From positions 64,001 through 128,000 of the IMG/VR virus record IMGVR_UViG_3300014613_000001: a stretch of 64,000 nucleotides of DNA, one strand, 5' to 3'. Source of the stretch: a virus. Made by a program: the position numbers and the translations under genes. This document shows positions 27,657 to 35,807 of this stretch, in pieces (the stretch's first letter is position 1; each line of letters starts with the position of its first letter). Below the pieces are notes generated by a model, which ran no database searches, was not told the origin of the DNA, and saw only the letters and a program-made list of their open reading frames with translations.

Positions 27657-27689
27657 GCTAGATAGGCCCGGTTCCATTGCTCTTATACC
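27657..27689. promoter_or_regulatory. Bipartite motif GCTAGAT-N18-CTTATACC, copy 2
   Basis: GCTAGAT 27657-27663 and CTTATACC 27682-27689, upstream of the RNAP gene (+) and the micro-ORFs (-). Confidence 0.7.
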
Positions 27690-27845
27690 TGTTGGCTTGT
27701 TCCATTTGCGTGGGGCTGGTAGAGTGAGATCAGGTTAGACAAGGAGCCGACATGGCCAGATTTGACCCCGAAGGCGGACGTAGCTCTGCCAATGACGGGG
27801 ACGAGGGCGCGAGGTCGGAGAGCCGGAAGCACATGGGGGCACGTC

Positions 27846-30800
27846 ATGTCACGGCTTGACCCGAAAGACAGCTTTGCGGCACTGAAGGAAGGGGTGAAGA
27901 CGTCGATCAGTAGCACCTTCCCACAGGTTGGCGAAAAGAACACTCTTGATCTCGAGGACATCGAGATCACCGATGACATAAACGAGGCTGACTACACCGG
28001 GCAGAAGGACGCCAAGATCAACGGGCGAACTTGGGGCGTTCCTGTACACGCCACGATGGTGCTCAAGGACAATAAGACCGGGAAGGTTCTTGATCGGAGG
28101 CGACAGAAGATCGCCACGCTCCCAAAGGTGACCAATCGTTACTCCTACGTCGTCCAAGGATCAGAGTATCAGATCGACGGACAGTGGCGCCTTCGTCCAG
28201 GTGTCTACACGAAGGTCAAAGAGAACGGGGAGCTTGACTCGTTCTTCAACATCAAAGGGCGCCCGCTTCACGTAGGATTTGATCCTAAAGAGCGGAAGTT
28301 CAACATTCAGCATGGGGGCGCGAAGCCCCCACTCTATCCCGTCATGAAAGCTCTTGGTATCAGTGACGATACGCTGGAGAAGAAGTGGGGGAAGGATATC
28401 CTGGCTGCGAACCGGACAGATGCTCGAGGTCGGCCGCTCAAGGTCGACAAGGTGGCCATCGACTTTGCTCGTCGCATTGACCCTCGTGCAGAGGTAGAGA
28501 CCTTTGAAGACGCCTCTAGGGTCATCCAGACCAACTTTGAGCAGTCGGAGCTCCACCCCGAATCGACAAAGCGCACACTTGGAAAAAAGATCGATCGCGT
28601 CACTCCCGAAGCAGTGCTTCTCTCGTCGGGAAGACTCCTGGGGGTGGCTCGAGGAACTGAGAAGCCTGATGTTCGGGATTCGCTGGTGTTCAAGGACTTC
28701 CACGGTGTGGAGGATTTCGTCGCGGAGAGGATCACTGGACACGCTCCGACGATCGCAAGGCGGGTTGGGAATAACCTGGATAAGACCGACAAGATCAAGG
28801 ACATCGTCGGGCCCGACATGTACGATCGTCCGATCAAAGAATTCTTTGGGAAGGTGTCCCTGGCCAGTACACCTCCTCAGACAAATCCACTTCGAATGAT
28901 CTCTGGTCAGATGAAGACCACCATTGCTGGCGAGGGTGGTGTATCTGATGCGAATCGGATCACTGATGACGCAAAGCTCGTTGACCCATCGCACTTCGGA
29001 GTCCTCGATCCTCTGCACACACCTGAGTCTGTGAGCACGGGCGTTACCCTCCAGCTCACGCTAGGAGCTCGAAAGAAGGGAACTCAGATCGTAGTACCCC
29101 TGTACGATGTCAAGTCTGGGAAGACGAAGTTGGTCGATACCGCAGAGGTTCACGACTCGATCGTCGCGCTCCCGGATGAGGTACAGAAAGTAGGGGGTGT
29201 GTACGTTCCGAAGAAGGGTAACCGGGTGTTGGCGAGCATCGCCGGAAACGACATGCGGCCCACGGCCATGAAAGATGTGAAGTACATCGTTCCCCACTCG
29301 AGTCAAATGTTCTCGCTGGCGACCAACATGGTGCCCTTCATCAACAGTGATTCTCCAAACCGCGCCACGATGGCTGGGCGCCATATGGAGCAGACGATAC
29401 CCGTCGTCGACGGCGAGGTCCCGCTTGTTCAGTCCACGATCGGGGGGAAATCGTTCGACGAAATTATCGGTCGTTTTGCTTCCAGCAACGCGCCGGTGGG
29501 CGGAAAGGTAACGAAGATCACTGAAGATGCCGTCATGATGAAGTCGGATGACGGCAAGTCACATAAAATCCCGATCTACAACCACTACCCGCTCAATGAC
29601 AAGAAGGGATTTATGCACAGCACACCGACGGTCCAGGTCGGTGAACAGATCAAGAAGGGTCAGCTGCTCGCAGATACGAACTTCACGAAAGGCGGAGTGT
29701 ACGCCCCCGGGAAAAATCTGACCGTGGCGTACATGCCGTGGAAGGGTCTGAACTTCGAAGACGGTGTTATCGTGAGCGAAGAGGCCGCGGCGAAGATGAC
29801 CTCGATGCACATGCACAAGAAGGGGCTCTCGACGCGGGATGCGACTCTTGATGGGAAGAAGAAGTACCAAGCCCACTACCCGAATCAGCTGACGAAGGAA
29901 CGGGCCGAGAAGCTCGACGATGATGGCATCGTCCGTATCGGGCAGAAGGTCAAGCCGGGGGATGTGCTGATCGCAGCTCTTGGCGAGCAGGTGCTGACGA
30001 CTGAGCAGCAGAAGATGCGGCTCCTCCATCGCAGTCTTGTACAACCGAAGAAGGACAAGGCTGTGACCTGGCAGGAGGACTTCGAGGGCGAGGTCGTGGG
30101 GGTGAACCGACGTGGGAAGCACGTCGATGTCCATGTAAAGACTATCGAGCCCATGGAGATCGGAGACAAGCTCGTAGGCCGCCACGGAAACAAGGCGATC
30201 GTCACTGGTATCCTCGCCAAGGGTGAGATGCCTCAGACTCAGGATGGCCGACCTGTCGAGATCCTCATGAATCCGATTGGTACTCCGGGCCGCATGAACG
30301 TCGGACAGGTACTCGAGACAGCGGCTGGGAAGCTGGCGGAACACCGGGGTTCTCCTTACAAGGTCGAGAACTTCTCCGAGGAGGACAACCTCGAATCCGT
30401 TCGTAGTCAGCTTGCGGCAGCTGGCCTCGACGATAAGGAGGATCTGATCGACCCCGGCACGGGGAAGAAGATCCCCGGGGTACAAGTCGGGAAACAGTAC
30501 ATCCTGAAGATGGAGCACCAGGTCGGGAAGAAAATGGCGTCTCGTGAGCGTGATGCTTATGACCAGAACATGGTCCCTCGAGGTGGTGGGAAGCACGGAG
30601 CCCAAGCTCTTGGTGGGCTCGGCGTGTACGCCATGCTGGCTCACGGCGCGCGTGAGAACCTGCGTGAGATGCAGGTGAGCAAGACCGACAAGGATCAGAC
30701 GGACGAGCTGTGGACTGCCATCCAGACCGGAGAGCTCCTCCCGCCACCGAAGACGACCTTCGCCTACAATAAATTCAACGGGTACCTCAATGGAATGGGG

Positions 30801-33800
30801 GTGAACGTACACAAGGACGGCAACAGTCTGAACCTGATGCCGATGACGGACGCCGACGTGCTCAAGCTCTCGAACGGGGAGTTGAAGGACGCTGGGCGTG
30901 CCCTGAAGGCCAAGACGCTGAAGCCGGAAAAGGGTGGTCTCTTCGACGAGAAGATCACAGGTGGGATGGACGGGAAGAAGTGGGGCCACATCAGGCTCGC
31001 TGTACCTGTTCCGAACCCACTGTTTGAAAAGGCCGTCATGAGTCTGACAGGCCTCCGAGGACCGCAGTTCAATCGCATCATCGACGGCGACGCTGGTGTC
31101 ACGGAAGATGGGAAGATTGTTGACGAGGTTGGCGTGAAGGGGGCGGTCTACGGTCCCCCGGCTGTTGGCCGTCTCCTTGATAAAGTTGATGTCACGGCAA
31201 GTCTTGCCGAGGAAGAGAGTCGTCTGCCCAAGCTGAAGGGCCAACTCTTGAACGAGTCGGCCAAGAAGGTCAAGTACCTTCGAGCGTTGAAGAAGCTGGA
31301 TATGACGCCGACCGCGGCGTACATGACGCAGAACGTCCCTGTGTTGCCGCCTTCGATGCGTCCGATCTCTGTGATGGAGGACGGAAGCCTTCAGACGGAC
31401 GACCTCAACGAGCTCTACAAGGGCCTAGCGATCGTGAACGCGAAGCAGAGAGAGTTTCCAGCCGGGACTCCTGAGTCGCTCAAGGCTCCTATCGCTGCGA
31501 GTGTGTACGATCATATGAAGGCGTTGACGGGTAATGGCGGGACGCTCAACGCGAAGCACCCTGGCCTTCTGGAGATAATTGCCGGGAAGAACGGGCCCAA
31601 GACGGGCTTCGTCCAGAAGACGTTGATCAAGCGAAAGCAGGATCTCTCGGCGCGCTCGACCATTGTTCCTGATCCGACTCTCGGGCTTGACGAGGCGGCC
31701 ATTCCGCGGAAGGCCGCAAAGGAGATCTACAAGCCATTCATCGTCAAGGAGCTTCGAGCTATGGCCGGTACCTCACCGAACGAAGCCCGGAGGATGATTG
31801 ACGAGGATGACCCTCTTGCTCGAAGAGCGCTCGAACGTGTGGTAGAGAAGCGTCCGATCATTTTGAAGAGGGATCCGGTTTTGCACCGATACGGCGTCCA
31901 GGCGTTTAAGCCCAAACTTGTGGACGGTAAGGCGATCAAAATTCACCCTCTGGTGTGCTCGGGCTACAACGCGGACTTCGATGGGGACACCATGAGCGCC
32001 TTCGTTCCGATCTCTGATAAAGCGGTCGCCGAGGCGCACAAGATGTTTCCGTCGAGCAACCTCTTCAGCCCCGCCACACACGGCGTCATGTACGCGCCAT
32101 CCCACGAGCAGCAGGTGGGGTTGTTCATGGCGACCCAGGTCGGGAAGAGTACGGGCAAGAAGTTCAAGGATCTGAAGGAGGCTGAGAAGGCGTTCAATGC
32201 TGATGAGGTCGGACTCACGGATGTGGTGAGTGTTGCCGGTGCGACGACGACGCTTGGGCGATCACGAATAGATGCCCAGTTACCGACGGAGATGAGAGGC
32301 GGCAAGATCCTGACGGATCTGCAGTACAACCTTACGAAGAAAGAGCAGGGGCAGCTATTCAACGAGATGGCGCGTGGCAATCCTAAGAAGTACCCAGATC
32401 GTGTCAATAAGCTCAAGGATATCGGGAATGACACCGCCTCTACCCAGGGGTTCAGTCTGGGGCTCGAGGACTTCAAAGTTCATAAGGAGATTCGTGATCC
32501 TATCCTTCTACATGCGGCCGCTAGATCAGCGAAGCTGGACTCGAACAAGCCTGCCGATGTCTCGAGAATAGTGGATATCTACGCTGACGCTATGGAGAAG
32601 ATCGAGACCGGTGTCATGGCCAAAGCGAAGCGCGGCACGTCTCAGCTTGACCGTCTTCAGAACGCAGCGGGTATCAAGGGCGGGGGTTATCGCCAGCTCA
32701 CTGCGGCCCCTGTGCTCTTTGTAGATGGAAAGGGAGACGTTGTCCCGAATCCCGTGACTCGCTCCTATGCTGAGGGGCTGTCCACAACGGCTTATTGGAG
32801 TGCAACGAGCGGCGGTCGTAAGGGCATCGTTCAGAAGGTGCAAAGCGTCTCGGAGCCAGGCTATCTCACCAAGATGATGACGAATTCTGTCATCGATCAG
32901 CTCGTCGACAAAGATGACTGCGGGACTGATCGCGGTATATCATTGTCCGTCGACGAGCCAGACGTGGTCGGTCGATATACAACAGCGGGGCTCAACCTCG
33001 GACGGGGAAAGGTGATCCCCGCGGGGACGATGCTCACACCCGACGTCCTGACAAAGATCAGGAACAGTAAGGCTTCAGCGAAGGTGGTCGTGCGCTCTCC
33101 GATGAGATGCACCCATACTCATGGCGTGTGCCAAAAGTGCATGGGGCTAAACGAAGACGGCCAGCTGAACGACTTTGGCACGAATGTCGGGGTTGCAGCT
33201 GCACAGGCTCTCGGGGAACGAGGCACACAATTAGCAATGAAGGCATTTCATTCTGGGGGTGTTTACGAGGGAAAGGGGACGAAGTCCTTGACCGGGGAGG
33301 GTCTTGATCAGGCGACGAGCATTCTGTACTTGAGACAGAAGGTGAAGGGGTCCGCGGTGCTCGCGGACATCGGGGGTAAGATTCGCAGGATCAAGAAGGA
33401 TCCTGCTGGCGGTGCTCGAGTAATGATCGGAGAGAACGAGGTCTATGTTCCCTCCGATCGGAAGATGCTCAAGAATATCCGTGTGGGCGAGACTGTGAAG
33501 CGCGGAGATCAGCTGACGTCCGGACCTGTGAACCCACACGAGCTTCTACCACTAACGAACGTGAACAAGGTGCAGGGACATCTAGCAGGGGAACTGCACA
33601 GCATCTACGGTAGTCAGGGTATCCGGCGTCGTAACTCTGAGGTGCTGGTACGCGCGATCTCAAGTGTGACGAAGGTGGAAGACTCCGGTGGCCACCCAGA
33701 TCTGCTTCGGGGGGATTTTGCCAACACGGCGATGATCCAGGACTGGAATAAGAAGCACAAGGACGCGGCTCCGGTTCGTCATGTGCCGGTCCTTCGGGGT

Positions 33801-33992
33801 GTCAAACAGGTGCCACTCGATGTTCAAGAGGATTGGATGGCGCGGCTGAATCACCAGAACCTGAAGTCCACGGTGATCGAAGCGGCACAGCAGGGGTGGT
33901 CCTCTGATCTTCATGGTACAAACCCCGTACCCTCGCTTGTGTATGGTGTAGAATTCGGGAAGGGCACGAAGGAAAAGCCCTGGAGGTACTGA
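27846..33992 (+). CDS. rpoBC: Single-chain beta-beta' fusion DNA-dependent RNA polymerase (probable virion RNAP)
   Basis: Beta motifs TPES, GDKLVGRHGNK and ILKMEH...ASR, then in the same frame beta' motifs KPEKGGLF, WGHIRL, RDPVLHR, catalytic YNADFDGD (about 31965-31988), SGGRKG..K and DCGT...RSP..C......CQKC. ORF track starts at 27762; likely ATG at 27846. Confidence 0.95.
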   Translation: MSRLDPKDSFAALKEGVKTSISSTFPQVGEKNTLDLEDIEITDDINEADYTGQKDAKINGRTWGVPVHATMVLKDNKTGKVLDRRRQKIATLPKVTNRYSYVVQGSEYQIDGQWRLRPGVYTKVKENGELDSFFNIKGRPLHVGFDPKERKFNIQHGGAKPPLYPVMKALGISDDTLEKKWGKDILAANRTDARGRPLKVDKVAIDFARRIDPRAEVETFEDASRVIQTNFEQSELHPESTKRTLGKKIDRVTPEAVLLSSGRLLGVARGTEKPDVRDSLVFKDFHGVEDFVAERITGHAPTIARRVGNNLDKTDKIKDIVGPDMYDRPIKEFFGKVSLASTPPQTNPLRMISGQMKTTIAGEGGVSDANRITDDAKLVDPSHFGVLDPLHTPESVSTGVTLQLTLGARKKGTQIVVPLYDVKSGKTKLVDTAEVHDSIVALPDEVQKVGGVYVPKKGNRVLASIAGNDMRPTAMKDVKYIVPHSSQMFSLATNMVPFINSDSPNRATMAGRHMEQTIPVVDGEVPLVQSTIGGKSFDEIIGRFASSNAPVGGKVTKITEDAVMMKSDDGKSHKIPIYNHYPLNDKKGFMHSTPTVQVGEQIKKGQLLADTNFTKGGVYAPGKNLTVAYMPWKGLNFEDGVIVSEEAAAKMTSMHMHKKGLSTRDATLDGKKKYQAHYPNQLTKERAEKLDDDGIVRIGQKVKPGDVLIAALGEQVLTTEQQKMRLLHRSLVQPKKDKAVTWQEDFEGEVVGVNRRGKHVDVHVKTIEPMEIGDKLVGRHGNKAIVTGILAKGEMPQTQDGRPVEILMNPIGTPGRMNVGQVLETAAGKLAEHRGSPYKVENFSEEDNLESVRSQLAAAGLDDKEDLIDPGTGKKIPGVQVGKQYILKMEHQVGKKMASRERDAYDQNMVPRGGGKHGAQALGGLGVYAMLAHGARENLREMQVSKTDKDQTDELWTAIQTGELLPPPKTTFAYNKFNGYLNGMGVNVHKDGNSLNLMPMTDADVLKLSNGELKDAGRALKAKTLKPEKGGLFDEKITGGMDGKKWGHIRLAVPVPNPLFEKAVMSLTGLRGPQFNRIIDGDAGVTEDGKIVDEVGVKGAVYGPPAVGRLLDKVDVTASLAEEESRLPKLKGQLLNESAKKVKYLRALKKLDMTPTAAYMTQNVPVLPPSMRPISVMEDGSLQTDDLNELYKGLAIVNAKQREFPAGTPESLKAPIAASVYDHMKALTGNGGTLNAKHPGLLEIIAGKNGPKTGFVQKTLIKRKQDLSARSTIVPDPTLGLDEAAIPRKAAKEIYKPFIVKELRAMAGTSPNEARRMIDEDDPLARRALERVVEKRPIILKRDPVLHRYGVQAFKPKLVDGKAIKIHPLVCSGYNADFDGDTMSAFVPISDKAVAEAHKMFPSSNLFSPATHGVMYAPSHEQQVGLFMATQVGKSTGKKFKDLKEAEKAFNADEVGLTDVVSVAGATTTLGRSRIDAQLPTEMRGGKILTDLQYNLTKKEQGQLFNEMARGNPKKYPDRVNKLKDIGNDTASTQGFSLGLEDFKVHKEIRDPILLHAAARSAKLDSNKPADVSRIVDIYADAMEKIETGVMAKAKRGTSQLDRLQNAAGIKGGGYRQLTAAPVLFVDGKGDVVPNPVTRSYAEGLSTTAYWSATSGGRKGIVQKVQSVSEPGYLTKMMTNSVIDQLVDKDDCGTDRGISLSVDEPDVVGRYTTAGLNLGRGKVIPAGTMLTPDVLTKIRNSKASAKVVVRSPMRCTHTHGVCQKCMGLNEDGQLNDFGTNVGVAAAQALGERGTQLAMKAFHSGGVYEGKGTKSLTGEGLDQATSILYLRQKVKGSAVLADIGGKIRRIKKDPAGGARVMIGENEVYVPSDRKMLKNIRVGETVKRGDQLTSGPVNPHELLPLTNVNKVQGHLAGELHSIYGSQGIRRRNSEVLVRAISSVTKVEDSGGHPDLLRGDFANTAMIQDWNKKHKDAAPVRHVPVLRGVKQVPLDVQEDWMARLNHQNLKSTVIEAAQQGWSSDLHGTNPVPSLVYGVEFGKGTKEKPWRY

Positions 33993-33993
33993 G

Positions 33994-34359
33994 ATGATCG
34001 ACTCGATCAACACGGTTCGCTACGACGCATTCTTTGATGAACTCGGGCAGATCGAGAAGAGAGCAATGTTGACCAGGGTCGCGGCTCTCAGTCCGGGCTT
34101 TGTTTCGCAAGTCGTTCGTGGCGGGAGGCAAATCCTCACCAAGCCCGGAAACGCGGTCAAGGCCGTCCGTACTGCCTACGGTCGTGGATCACGAGTTGCC
34201 GCACAAGCTGGAGGTGGTCGACTCTCACAGCTTGGCGGTGGTCTGGAGCGCGTGTGGAAAACCCCACAGGGCAAGGCAGCGGTGGTCGGCGCTGGCGCTC
34301 TTGCGGGTGGAGCCGGGCTGGTCGGTACCGGGGCTGTATTGGGCCGAGCTACCGCATAG
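33994..34359 (+). CDS. FDEL..IEKRA-leader small Gly-rich membrane-like protein
   Basis: DAFFDELGQIEKRA leader; C-terminal AAVVGAGALAGGAGLVGTGAVLG. Confidence 0.7.
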   Translation: MIDSINTVRYDAFFDELGQIEKRAMLTRVAALSPGFVSQVVRGGRQILTKPGNAVKAVRTAYGRGSRVAAQAGGGRLSQLGGGLERVWKTPQGKAAVVGAGALAGGAGLVGTGAVLGRATA

Positions 34360-34365
34360 AGGAAC

Positions 34366-35517
34366 ATGCCGGGAGCACACTCCAATTCCCAGGTCCAACG
34401 TGGGGTCAACGCCGTTCTCATCGAGACGGGGCAGATCATCAACGTGGATATTGATCACTGGACGGTGGATGTTCGCACGAAGCACACCTACAGGTTGCTG
34501 CTCGATCTCCAAGTAGGGGCTTCGTACCTGCACTTCCACTCTGGAGAAGGCATCTTCGTCATGCCAGAGGTGGGGGCGCTCGTGAAGGTCTGCATGCCGA
34601 GTGACGATACGCCCTTCGTTCTCTGCTTCGTCACGGCCTTCGAACGTGCTGCTGCCGCTGGTGCTCCAACGCAGGCAGGCGATGTGCCCGACGAGGAGGG
34701 TGGAGAAGAAAACGAGGTCACCTTCCGAGCTGGCCGCCCCAGGATACAGCAGGGCGACATCATGCTTCGCACCCGGGATGGCAACCAGCTATGGCTCCGA
34801 CGAGGTGGAGTTGTCGAGATCGGCGCGGGGCCCATGGCGAAGAGGGTGTACATCCCGATCACAAATATGCTTCGCGACGTCTTTGAGAACTACGAAGCTC
34901 TCTCCACTGCCGGCGAGATGCGATGGACGACGACGCGCTCTGATAGTGATCCGTCTGGAGAGGCGCAAGCGATCTTTACACTTGCGGCTCGTGATCATGC
35001 CCAGGACGAGAACACGACCGTCCTTGTGTCGGCCGGTCATGTGGATGATACGACTCGTCTTCGGTGTGTCGTTGCCCCAGACGCCATTGACTCGAGAACT
35101 GGTGAGGTCACGGGCAGCGCCGTGTATGAGTTCACTGTCAACGACGACGGTGATGTCGAGGTCACTGTGGCCGGGGACGTCACTGTCGAGGTCGAGGGCG
35201 CGGTCGACGTGACTGTGAGTGGGGATGGGCAGCTCACGTTCGGCAACCTGACAGAGACGGTCAACGGGGACCTGACCCATCGAGTGAGCGGTGGCCACAG
35301 TTTGACCGCCAACAGCAGTCGGGAAAGATTGAGCGGGACGAAGATCATTGATGCCCCCATGACCCAGATCGGTGGGAGCAAGCCGGTTATGCTGATGACA
35401 GGAGCAATGAGCGCGTTTCTTTACCATACGCACACTGTCGTCGGGGGCGTAACCAGCACTCCACTTCCTGCGGTCTCCCCGGATGACGTCGCAGCTACAA
35501 AATTGAGGAGTGGGTGA
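34366..35517 (+). CDS. Baseplate central spike/puncturing protein (gp5/gpV/VgrG-like)
   Basis: N-terminal OB-fold-like 'MPEVGALV' segment, beta-helix repeats (VTVAGDVTVEVEG...) and C-terminal HTH (HxH) metal-binding tip. Confidence 0.8.
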   Translation: MPGAHSNSQVQRGVNAVLIETGQIINVDIDHWTVDVRTKHTYRLLLDLQVGASYLHFHSGEGIFVMPEVGALVKVCMPSDDTPFVLCFVTAFERAAAAGAPTQAGDVPDEEGGEENEVTFRAGRPRIQQGDIMLRTRDGNQLWLRRGGVVEIGAGPMAKRVYIPITNMLRDVFENYEALSTAGEMRWTTTRSDSDPSGEAQAIFTLAARDHAQDENTTVLVSAGHVDDTTRLRCVVAPDAIDSRTGEVTGSAVYEFTVNDDGDVEVTVAGDVTVEVEGAVDVTVSGDGQLTFGNLTETVNGDLTHRVSGGHSLTANSSRERLSGTKIIDAPMTQIGGSKPVMLMTGAMSAFLYHTHTVVGGVTSTPLPAVSPDDVAATKLRSG

Positions 35518-35807
35518 TGGCGCTCAATGAAGCGGTTCTGGCTAACCTGATCGCTGACATCTATCATCTAGAGATGGTGGCTGCCTTCCCTACGGTGGTC
35601 AAAGGTGTTGAGGTCATCGAGGTCCCGCGAGAAGATGGGACGATGAGCTACGATGTGACACTGGTTCGAGGCCCGAATGAGCCAGACGAAGCGAGTATCC
35701 GCCCGATGGCCAATGCTATCGCACAAGCAGTGATTCGGCACATCAAGGCCCATGCAGAGGTGAATGACACTGATGCCGGCGCCGGAGGTAGTTGGAGGAT
35801 TTTATGA
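35514..35807 (+). CDS. Small baseplate-associated protein
   Basis: 97 aa, translationally coupled to the spike gene. Confidence 0.55.
   Translation: MMALNEAVLANLIADIYHLEMVAAFPTVVKGVEVIEVPREDGTMSYDVTLVRGPNEPDEASIRPMANAIAQAVIRHIKAHAEVNDTDAGAGGSWRIL

Noticed and set aside
27846-33992. Host chromosomal rpoB-rpoC operon or a bacterial contig
   Set aside because: No ribosomal-protein neighbours, large deletions relative to cellular subunits, and flanked by portal, spike and terminase genes.
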